Positions 45,101 through 57,100 of a DNA stretch of 64,000 nt are shown piece after piece. Under the pieces are notes generated by a model. The model had not been told where the DNA came from and did no database searches. It worked only from the letters and a program-made list of their open reading frames with translations. The position numbers were made by a program, and so were the translations under genes. The DNA is from Tubiluchus corallicola (lineage: Eukaryota; Animalia; Priapulida): the NCBI GenBank assembly GCA_030141605.1, contig JAQGDQ010000102.1:449266-513265 (forward strand). The letters run 5' to 3'. Numbering within the stretch: position 1 is the first letter of the stretch; every line of letters begins with the position of its first letter.

Positions 45101-48100
45101 TTAGTTCAGAATAAAGAATGCCCTAAAATATTGAAAACTACAATAGCTTATTTGAAATCAAAGCTTAGATTAAATAATAATTACATAAGATACTCAAAAT
45201 TTGTTAAACTTTCAAAAGCTACTCGCGGCTCAGTGAAGCTACTAAGATTGGCAACGGCGTTTTTTTGTTACATTCGCGTGGCCGACAAATAGAAGGCGGT
45301 ACCGTGATAACCATGATCATGAACTGCAGTGTTAGTTTCATGACGTCATATGATGTAAAGCCCATTTTTCGTGACATCATGCATTTAAGCAGTACTGTAA
45401 CACCTATGCAAACATGCTTGACGCGCAAGGGAAGACGCCTGCCGTTGCACAAACTGTGGTTAGTTTCTGACGTAAGCAGCAGCTGTGTTCAGTTACCGTT
45501 AATTAACTCTCTGAGCTAATTATTCAAATATAAGGAACACTTGTTAACTTTTATACGCAAGAAAATGTATATTTTGGACAGTGAATTAAAATGAGATTGA
45601 GTCTAAACAATCGTCTGGTCTTCCTTTAAGCAATTTTGGCTAAATGCTTTATGTACCATACCGTATTTCATACTGTGATGCCAGCCTGAGCTAAAATTAT
45701 CTGGTCCCTAAAGTTGCCACCTTTTTTGGTCTGGGAACACTGCTCTGCACTACTGATTTCTGTAGGTTGCATTTTGACCTTACGAAGTTGAAACAATTAG
45801 CTTTAATGTTATTTGATCACTGTTGTGCATTGTTTACAGTTTTTGAAGATTACCAGTTCCAATGTAGATTAATAATGTAGTTTATAAACTAATGTAACGT
45901 CTGCGATTATTTCGAATTAAGCAAAGTATTTTATTAAATAAAACATTGCAGACTTTAATGTTGATGTATTAGTGTTCCATTAATTTATCTAAAGTTGTGT
46001 TTTATGCAGAGGAAATTTAATTTCTTAATTATTGTTGCTGCATGTACCTTTATTGCTGCTTTCAGAGTTCGAGTCGAGCAGATGGAGCGCCGCCTGGCGG
46101 ACTTGACGGGAATTGTTCACTCTGTGTTGCACAAGGGGTCCATGAGTCCGAGCGGCACCCCTTCTGAAGGTGTGGAAATTAACCTTAATCTAGAGCCTCT
46201 GCAGCTACCGCCCGCTCCGCATTACGGCTCGTTGCAAAGTCCGAGTAGGTTTAGATCCGCTGTCGAGAATCAGTTTAGTTACGATGCCCGGCTGAATTAC
46301 ATCAGTAACTGTAAGTCTTGCCAAGTGTAATTGTGGCCTGACTAACATCAGTAACTGTAAGCCTTGCTGGTGTTGGGAGTGAAGCTAATATTACTAACAG
46401 CGGTTACGGTAACTGTAACTAACCGTCTTGCTGAGTTTTTGAAGTTTTTAAGCTGTGGTAGATAACGGCTAGGAGACTTTTCTGTAAAGAAAATAACATT
46501 ATCAGAACTGAAGAATTCTGTTAGTTGTAGAACTGTTACATTAAACACTGCTTGAAATTAGTACAGTCAAACTTCATTACAGTGCGCACCTCGTTATAAT
46601 GCCTAACTTGAATAAAGGACAAGAAAGGGCCTAGTTAAAGCAAATCTCAGAAAATTTTCGCTAAAGAATTATAACGGTTAGAGGCAATCTTAAGCATTTA
46701 ACATAAGTATTAAAAGAATTTCCTGTTTGTTTTCATTTTAAACACTCCCACAAGACTGTCACGGCAGCGCCATATTAGATGGCATCACAGAACCACAACA
46801 CAAATCTTTATAGTACACGTACTCAGAATTCACTGCGACTGTGTTCGAGTGATGTCATGCCACGTGATCAGTCACATGCTGGCTTTTCAATTGGCAGACT
46901 AAATGGAACATGTATGCGCTAACGTTTACTGCAGAGGTTGAAATATTTTACAAAAATTGGAGTAAATGCGAAAACGTGAGTACTTTATTCCCATAGGATT
47001 ATACTTAGGTGATATAATTTTTTATTGTGAATTTTCTGAGGCTTACTTTGGTTGGCCATTTTCTTGTCCTTTTTATCGCCAACCTTTTCTAGTAAACTAT
47101 ATATAGAAGTTTGATCGTATTACAAACTGATACTTCTATGTGACTAACACTGGGAAAACTTGCTTGGTACTTAGCTAAGCTTTTCTTACTCTGGAAGCAG
47201 AACTACCGGTCTAAGATGCATCGTGTAGCAACGTGACTTATCTGGCTATATGAGGCACATTGCGACTCTTGCAGTGAGTCGTTCATTGGATTACTGTCCA
47301 TTAGGATGATCATTTCAGTTGAGGGTCAAGTGGCCTAGTTGTGGGTGGTTGAGGGTACACTTCTCGTTCTGAGGGGTTTCGTTCGTCATGCTGATTCAGG
47401 CCGTTTACCTCATAGAAGGGGTATTAATTAACATCTGAATGTAGCTGAGACACCTTTGCTAGTTAAGTGGCTCATCTTAGAGAGATATCCGAGATAATGA
47501 ACTAGGTACCTGCCCCGTCACAAATATTGCGTTGAGTAGATCCAGCCATTGAGTGCTGGACTGCAGTTTGCTGTTCTCTTAGCTGCATAAAAACATTCGA
47601 AACTAATAATAGCTTGTATTTCCTTCTTCATTTTAAGCAAATTAATTTATTGCTATCTGTTGCACAAACTCATTCATAGGAGCCGCCATACTTTAGTGTG
47701 CGTACACGCACATCATGTTACACATAGGGGCACGCCGTTACGGGTCCAGCTTGTGCCCACGTCTTGTTTCAACCAATCCGCCTGAACCGATTGTGGTCGT
47801 ATGTCAAAGACTACTAATAACCAGGCAGTTTGACCTCACCAGACCTTATTTTCCTCTGTTAAAATCTTTTTTTTTGTCATTATCATATTGTATTTTCCGT
47901 GAATTCATTGTAGTTATGAGTTAGCTTGTGGTGCCGTTCTGATTTGGCCCATGTAGACGACCCAGGTATTAAGCCCCACAATCTTTTGCAGCTGAAGTTA
48001 GTCGAGAGAAGTCGAAATCACTGCCTCCTGGTGCTAAACTGGACGTTTCTGCTTCTGTTGCTAACAAAGGTAGATTGAAGATTTCCCAGATTGCTAGATT

Positions 48101-51100
48101 TAGGCTATTATTAACAGTTTGCTAACAATAATTAACTTTGTGTGTGTGTGTGTGTGAGAGAGGGAGCATGATTTGTTGGAAAGGTTGTAGTTTGTCAATA
48201 ACCGTTTGCTGCAAATGATATATATTGTGTGATAACTGATGAACTGATTAAGATTTTCTTATGATCTGTATATCATGTAGTTTTTTAAAGCACAAGAAAA
48301 CCCTTCACTTACTTTGAAATTTATCTTGAAATTTTTTGCCACTTGCATACAGTTTTTATTGCATACAGAGCTTGCATTAACAGTAACGTTGTATAAAACT
48401 TGTTATTTTAAACCCACGCTGTGACCACACACACAGCTTAGATAAGATAATATTGCGATAGATAGATAGATAGATAATAAGATAATATAAGCTCTTTGCA
48501 AACTAAGGAAAAATATAAATTGCTGTAGCTTTTCAATAAAATCAATAATGTATTTTTGGTGAATCAGTGATGCACACTGGGAAGGTGAGTCAGTGAGTCA
48601 GTGACATTTTACCAAGTGGCATGAATGTTTTAAATACTAAGTTACATAAGTCTTTCAAGCAGATAAGCGTAATGGGTAAATTATATAACTTTGTGTGGCA
48701 AATTTTTTGGGACACACTTTATAATTCCCTTTTTTTCACTTATAACTTTGAATTATTGTATATTTACATCCAGTTCTACTTTTAGTTTGTATAAGTCATG
48801 GAAATTAATTCTGCTTGGCCTTGCTTGTTTATTATGCGATTACCCGCAGCAAAATTATATAAGCTTAGCTTAGGATAAACAACTTGTGAATTTTAACTAC
48901 TGTGAATTGATTCTCGTACTGTTGTATAATTGTAAGTGTTGAAGAATAGTTGTTTTTCACTCTGTCTTGTGCAGCTATAATTCATAGAGCACTTATTACC
49001 TTTTTTAGATTTAAATAATGTGAAATCAGCTGGACAGAAGACTGCAACTAAAGGTACACGTTTATTTTTTTCATTGCAATGTAATCGGTCATTGCTGCAA
49101 ACATAACTTTGTTTTTCCTGTGCATTTACAACTGCATGCTGCCACACACATGCTGTCTGGTACTCTAGGTAAATGCTAAGTTTGTATTTCTAGAGTGAAA
49201 TACAGTCATTTCAACATTTCTAAATTTTTAAAGCAAAACACAATGATTTTTCATATCTTACCCCATTTTGAAAAACGGTAAAAAGTATACATTTTGACAT
49301 CTATAATAATGCCAAATAATGTTTCTGATAATTAAATGATAGCTTAAAAACTAAAGTAACTGCAGGAAAGCCCAACAGGTGTCGACATCACAACTTAATA
49401 TAATTTTCAGCAGCACAAACATTCCACAGGCGTGTTAGACGTGTTTTCTAAAGGCGAAAATTGAAGTAGATTTCTACTATACAACATTCAGTTTGATATA
49501 CAAGAACTCAGCAAATTGTAACGTTCAAATGCAAATTTCAAGTTTACTGCTGTGCTAACACATTTAGCTCTTGAACATGTGCACTACGTCACAACTGAAC
49601 ATCCCCGAACTGAGAAGTACAGTGCCTGCTTTTTTGTGCAAATTGTTTTCGAGATGTAATGCCCATCTAATTAGCGAATGGTGAAATGCACGTAGCAGTG
49701 AAGAACTAGTGGCTCAAACATGAAATTGCATTTCTGTAGCAATAATTGTTTCACTCAAGATATTCTTAAAAAAGTAGTATGTTCCCTTTGAATGTTTTAC
49801 AGGATAGTTTGTTTTGAGCTACCGTTTAAGATTGGTTTTCCTTTAAAGTTGTTTTCTTGCATTTTGATAATCAGCAATTTGATTAGTGTATCATTATTAC
49901 AGGTAAAAGACCAGAACGGCCGAGCTCAGCTAAAGGTAAGGCAGAATATTTGATGGCTGTTAAAGAATGAAAACAAAATTTTGTTTATTTTTCTTGGCAA
50001 AAACGTGTGACGTTCGATACTTAACAGACTGACGTAATTTGTTTGCTTAATCGTGAGTCCCATCTGAATTGATATCGTTTCAACAGTACTGAAAAGGAGC
50101 AGTTGGTGGATGATGTACGATTGCAGGAAAGATTGATTCACTTATGAGATTCATGGTTGAACGATTGATCACTTGCTGTGCCAAAATGGAGTCGTTAACT
50201 GTTTGTAGTGTGCTAGTCTTTTGCTGTTGTGCACCATTGTTAGTTAAACGTCAAATACAGCGTATGTACCCTGCAAAATTCCAAGTAACAGCAAAGATAA
50301 CTAAAACACTAGAGTGACAGGCTAGTACAGCATCCATACCATGTACAAGCTTGGTTGTGTTCCACTGTAACACTGTTCTTAACACTTATTCTAGGTAGAG
50401 GAGAACTAGGTACTAAGAACATTAACAAGAGAAACTTTCCCAAGTTTAGAGGTCAAATACAGCATACTTTACAAAGTTTCAATTTTACAAAAAGCAGAAA
50501 GAAATGCTCTAACTAAGATTTTCTGATAGTTTTAACTTTTTCTTTGTGGGTAGATTATACAAGACGAAATCGGGTGTGAAGAAGTCATTTCTTAAGAAAT
50601 TCTGGAACTCGATTTCGCGTGTTTACTCATTAGATGATGCCAGCATAATATGTGCCTTAGTTACGGCAGCCTTTGCGCTTTGGTTATCACATGTGACATT
50701 TTGCTATGCAGCATTGTTTACAAATTCATCATCACAGGAATGATGCGGTATCCAAGGAAACCGTTGCTAGCACCCTTAGCCTGCAATTTTCTAAAGTTTC
50801 ACAAGCAAAGCTGAACAAAATGTTTTGGGGGGAAAAGTGCAACTTTGCGGCTCATTTTATTACAGAGGAAGCCGTGAAACTTGATAGAATTAATGTCAAA
50901 TTATAAGTTCCAATTAGCTCTTTTAATTAGAGAAATTTTTCTATGTTAAATTTGACCTTTAAGGAATGTTGCAGATTTCACAGTGTCATTCTTTTTCCTT
51001 CTGTAACCTTGTTACTAACTAAATTATGTAGTTTTTCGTGTGATGTTTATTTCTGTCATTTCTTTCTAACACACTGAGTAACTGATTGACTTAGTCGTTT

Positions 51101-54100
51101 GTTTGTGACTTAGTCGTTTGTTTGTTTAGCATTCTTATTGGTACTAACTTCATTTTCAGAGAAGGCATCTAAGCCCAAACTGCCCGAAAAGCCTGCAGGT
51201 TTAGCTAAAGGTGTGTCATAATTTTCTACGGTTATTTTGCCTTGTTCTAGTACACCGTTTCTATTGTGCTGCCATCCAATTTAGTTTTTACTGCGTCAGC
51301 TCGCACTTTATGACACGTATGTCTTGGTTTAAGGGAGATGGACATTCCAGCAAAATGGAAGTCCAAGTTTATTTTGTAAAAAATACTGTGAATGTATGTC
51401 AGTTAACTCCATTTGACTGAAAAATCGTAAATATAAATTGTAACGCATGAGTCATACTGTTCACATTTTTGCTAGTCGTAAAGAATTGCCATTTAACACT
51501 ATGGTAATATAACGAATGCACAAAGCAGCAAAAATTATCACCATTTTTAAACCATATTATCGTCAGGTGCACAGCTTTGTATAATATTTTTTGGATGTCG
51601 TAATAAGTCACATATCTGAAAGAAAAGAGAAATTTAGCTGGACGATGTTATTAACGTCCAAGCGATCTTCAACGGCTGTCACATTTAATTTGGCAAATTT
51701 CAGTACTTAATTGTTTCTCAGTGGCCCGATTCTGTGTCTTGTTTTAATATTTTACATGTTGCCTTGCAGAATTTGTCTGTTATTGTGGCACGTTCAGTAA
51801 AGGGGGGGCGGATGGGAAGTTATCCTATAGACTAGTACCCGCTGCAAGCTAGGGCCTCTTAAGCTTGGGGGTCCCTCAAATTTTGTAACATTTGTTAAAA
51901 AATCATTTTTTCCCTGCGGTTGTAATGAAATATGTGCTAATTTGGTTTGCAATTAATAGTAATTTAGTGGCATTTCTTAAATAATATTTTTATTGTCAAC
52001 AAAAGATAGATATTCTAGTTTATTTAAAGAATTTACAACACGTTTACTTAGGATATGTAGATGTTGCTAAAATATATCACGAGTAAAAAATATTCAAGAC
52101 GGGTGCGGGTGAATTAGAGGGTGGCTTCCTCTGAGGGGGCCCCGTAATTTAGTTAGCATAGGGGGCCGCAGAAGGTCACAATTTGGTCCTGGGGTAGGTT
52201 TATTCTCTGTGAGAAATTGTACAATTTTCCCGAGTAGATCTTTTATGCAGAGTATTGTTTTTACGGAAAATTTTCGTAGGTGTCTGTTGACAACAGTGTA
52301 CTGGCTGTAATAAAAAAGTCTTACAGTGATTCAGAAAAATGCCCTCTGAAGAGGCAATCTGAATATCCGGTTTCCACTGCGGCTTGCGATTTTTCCATTT
52401 TCTGTGCCATATTTGATATAAACTGCATAACTTAAATTAGTTTAGAGCCATCCAGCTCTATAAAGTTTAGACTGCTCTAATACTCTAAAATAAAGCTAGC
52501 GTAGAACAAAGGAAATTTAGGCACGCCATGTATTCCTTTTAGTACAGAATGAAAAAAAAACAACAGTAATCTTCTAATGTAAAAATATTATAATTCAATT
52601 CTAACCTAATTTGTTTACTTGGGGCATTAAGTGGAGCACAATACAAGAGCAAAAAAATGTCAATTTGTACTAAAAACTGTACTCTGCATAAATCCTTCTT
52701 AAATTCTGGAAACTAATTTCTTTTTAACATCACAAATCTTGCAATTTTTTTATTATGAATTTCTAACGCTGTTCTTTCAGTTCTTGTTTCTTTACTTACT
52801 AACAATTTTTACTGTAGCTGTTCCGATCAGTCACAAGGATTTGGTTGAGAAAACTCAGAAATCTGTGAACCGAGATATTCAAACATCACCCACTAAAGGT
52901 ACTATAGTGTAGTTATACTCGCATATTCTGCCCAGCTGTTGCAAATTTTGTGCGGTGAAAATTTCAAATTTCTTAAAATGCATAGCACAGCAATGACTAA
53001 TCATAGTATATTATATGCGTGTCATATGGTAGGGGAATTTAAAATTTAGATGCGTCAACGAAAGATTGATTTTTCTCAGACCGACGGTAGAAAATACATC
53101 GATATTACTATTTCTTACAGTTAAGCTTTTAAAGAGGAAAAGTCCGTAATGTTTACATTTCTTCTCACCATGTGGTGCTACGTGTTTTGGATAATACACT
53201 GGAAAATTGTGTTAAAACTTATAATGCTCCACTCAGCAATTACGGTTGTTGGTCACGTTTTTCTTGCATTTTCATTTCGGAAATAAAATTTGTCTTATTC
53301 GGTTGTGCTAGTTTATTAAAACATTAAAACTTATTTTCAAAATTCCCCATATTAATAATAAAATTTTATTTTTCGTAGTATCCAACCTGTTTCTTGTAAC
53401 TGCTTAATAACTGTTTACTTCCTTTTACTCTCTCACTGCTAAACACAGATTTAAAGGACAACTCAACTGAAAGAGGTATAGTAACACTGTTGTCTAACTT
53501 AGCATGTTGCGAAGTCGTCTAACTCTTTTCACTTCATAATATTTCTAAACTTTGGCTTATTGAATGTATAGTTCGTATAGTAGCTTGTTATCGTAACTAT
53601 ATTTTATCACAGTTTTATCAGCTATTACACGAAAATATAAATATTACAATATTGAGACGTAATAAATTGTTTTAAGTAAGTATGCAATTTATTGTCATTA
53701 TAGCGTAATACGTGCAATAAAATTTATGTGGTTTTATGTACTGCAATAACTTATGGAAACAACAAGGAGAAGTACTGAAATTTACTGTTGATGATGCGAA
53801 TTGCAACGGGACAAAAAGTTCTTGTGGTTTTAGCGATGATTGAGTGGTACCTAGGGGGAGCATTTCAAAGTATTTATTACCTGAGTGAAATTCATCTTTC
53901 ATAGTTACCTGTTAATAACCTGTTGTCTAAGCTAGTTGACTTTCTGTTTCTGCATGTTCGCGCATTATATGAATTCTGGGTAAATTTATAACATTTTCAG
54001 TTTATTTTCGCTTGAGTTTGAAATTAAAAGTAATTTTCTTAAGAACTTCTAAACATTTTTTTGTTTCTTAATGTCGACTGGGAAAATAGTTGAAAATAAA

Positions 54101-57100
54101 TCTACCATTTAATGCAGTTGCTTTAAGGCTTGGCAGCTTCAGTACAGTTTAAATTTGGGACAGTAGTTTGTTCAGATTATGAAATCATTGGTTCGAACGA
54201 GTTTTTTTATGAATTTGATTTGAACCTGAAATTACAGATTCAGATAACTCAGCACTTCTCCTACATATGTTCTTTATCATTAAAACGTTTGAAACATCAT
54301 GCAATTAGCACATAACGGCAGCAATTTCTTTGCACGATTTTTAAACAAATTATTACTGCTGAACAAAATCAAGTAATATGCAAGATCTTTGTGAGAGGCC
54401 GTCTTTTGTTAATGATTAGAAAATCTTTAAAACTGGATTCGAATTCGATATGGCTTCGAATATCTCCAAATTCGGTTTCATTCGAGTTCGAAAATCTCTA
54501 AATTCGATTCGATTCAAATTCGCTTTATGGTAGAGAATGCCCACCCTTATTGAGAGTACATCGTTAAGAAAAGCATTCTGAACAGTTGGTAGAACAGAAG
54601 TCAATGCAATTATTTACCCGTTCTCCAGCTTTTGAACCTATTTCCCGAAGACCCGACCCGTGAGCAGATCGAAGCAAACTGCCTGCTGTCATTTTTCGTA
54701 TTTGTTGCAGGTTTGAGTAGCAACAAGTCGACTCCATCACCGCACCCGCCGGGCGTGTACGCCTTCTCGCGAGAGCAGTTGCGAAACCTTCACTTGCGAA
54801 CGCAGGAACTTAAACTGGAAGTGAAGACGCTGCGACGGATGACTCAAGCGCAAGCCATGAATATCAAGGAAAGCATACGAGAAGTGTCAGACAAAATAAA
54901 GGTAAATAGCTGTCAAGTGATTTTAAGTAGGACAGGTAGATCACGAAAGAAGGAAGGCAGTTCTTCGAGATAGGCAGTAGGTTAATTAGTCAAGATTAAT
55001 CTTTATTTTGATGTATGAGAGAAAGGTTTCCCTCGGGCTTCTAATCTGTGGAATTCTCCACCAGAAACTGTTTTCCTGAAAACTACAACTTCTGTTTAAG
55101 CACATTGACATATATCTTCTCTCACTAGCAAATTAGTTACTTGAATTATGTTTCTCTGTACTTGTGTTCACATGACCTTGATTGGCTATTGGCTTTGTTT
55201 CTCTGACCATTGGCCTTGTTTGGAGCGATATGTATAAAAGAAAAAGAAGGATGAAAAACAGGAAATTGGCGATTAAATAACGAAATTGCAGTTGTATTTT
55301 TTTATTATTTGTGATGCATTTTGGTGAGAAAACACGTTTGCAACGCTTAAAGGCTTATATAATCCCAACATACATTGAAGTTTTTAAACACATTATTATA
55401 ATTACCCATGAACTAATAGTTATTATTAAACAAAAGAGACTTATAATGTAAATAACTTACTGTTTTCTGGCAAATTTCGAATGCGTCGGTTACCGTATTT
55501 TGCGTCTTTGGTGTGAGCGAGCGGAAATCACGTAGGAGGTAGAGAAAGCATTTTTGCTTCCTGATGTTTGTTTACCGATCTTTGGTGATCTCGCGACTGT
55601 ACTCATAACATCATGCGTCTCGTGCAACGAAAAATGGCAGTTCTTCAAGTTCAATAACAATGAAGTGATAAAAAATCAAAGGAAACAAGTTTTATAGTAA
55701 GTTTATAATAAACTAAACTGAATATACGTAATTCAGAATGAGAGTAGGAGGATTTTAAGTTGTAAAAGCTTATATTATAGTGAGGGTTTAGTTTGACTTC
55801 AATAATGAAAAGTTAAGCCAGGATTTCATGGCGTTCGCAACTTCGCTAATTATCGGAAAATTTCTGCCGCAAGCTTGTCTGAACATGCGCCAAATCAGGA
55901 CAAATATTTGTGATGTTCTTTAACGATTTCCGAATGAGCGAAAACGTTGAGAATGGCACGAGACACTTTTGAGAATGCTTCAATTACTTCACCACAATTT
56001 TTCAACATTTTGGGGACATTTTAGAGAACCTCGGTTGTTCCGCATTTCTTTTCGTAAAAATTCTGTGACATGATCGTAATGTAATTGTACTCGCGCAATT
56101 GTCATGCAACATTCGTCTTGCCGTATAAGTGTCGTTGTCGAAAACTTTTTGCACGTAGTTTGTGACTTTTCAAAAATTTGCACAAATGATTAGCCACCAG
56201 GAGGACAGTTGTGCTGTGTTAATTTTTTCGGCGATTGTTAGAACATTTTTGATTGTTGCGAAAAAATTATGGCTTCATGAAACGCTGGCTTCAGTAAGGA
56301 TAATGAAATGTGACTAATTAGAAGACAGCAGAAGTATTGCAGCTCATATATGTAATCATTCAATTTTGATTTGATTTAATTTAATTTGTTAACACTCAGT
56401 TACAATTTACAGATAGTGTACAAATGTATAACAATACAACTCTACACATTACATTACAATAAAAATGATTAGATTAAATAAATAAAATTTTTGAATGTTT
56501 GTGAGTGCTAATAAATATACTTGAGAAAGTTATTGTGACGGGAACACAAAATAATTTCCTGCATAGCATATGGTGTTCTCAGAAATCTTTATTTCTGTAT
56601 ATAAAAAAAATGAAAATAATAAATTTGACTGCTTTCACTGCTTACAAATGTATAATGATCTAATTATTATAATTTAAGACAATAAAAGTAAATATTACTC
56701 ACATCGTGCGGCTATAACAACTTAATATATTATTTGGAACGTCATACTGGTTTACAGCAAATCAGGTAGAGATGCTACAAATAATTACTTGAAAATTTAT
56801 CTAAACATTATTTAACGTTTGCTGAGGCTTCTGTAAGCGTGTTTAGTGAGGCCTAAACCTAATTTACAACTTCACAGGTAAAATTACAGGTAAGTTCACG
56901 TAGGTGCTGCCACCTACATGTTAAGGCCATAAAAGATCAATTAAATGTAACATTTTAACATAATAATTTAACATATGCTGCTGTCATAAGCGGGGAACAA
57001 TTCACGGAACTTGGAAGTGAGTTCCATATGTGAACTTACCGAGGAAACGAATTCCATAATTGTAATTACGAATTCAATAATTGTAATGTCCTTAGCAATG

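Noticed and set aside
50546-50743. Additional exon in the microexon region
   Set aside because: The acceptor at 50553 gives an early TGA in the required phase 1, and there is no matching donor.
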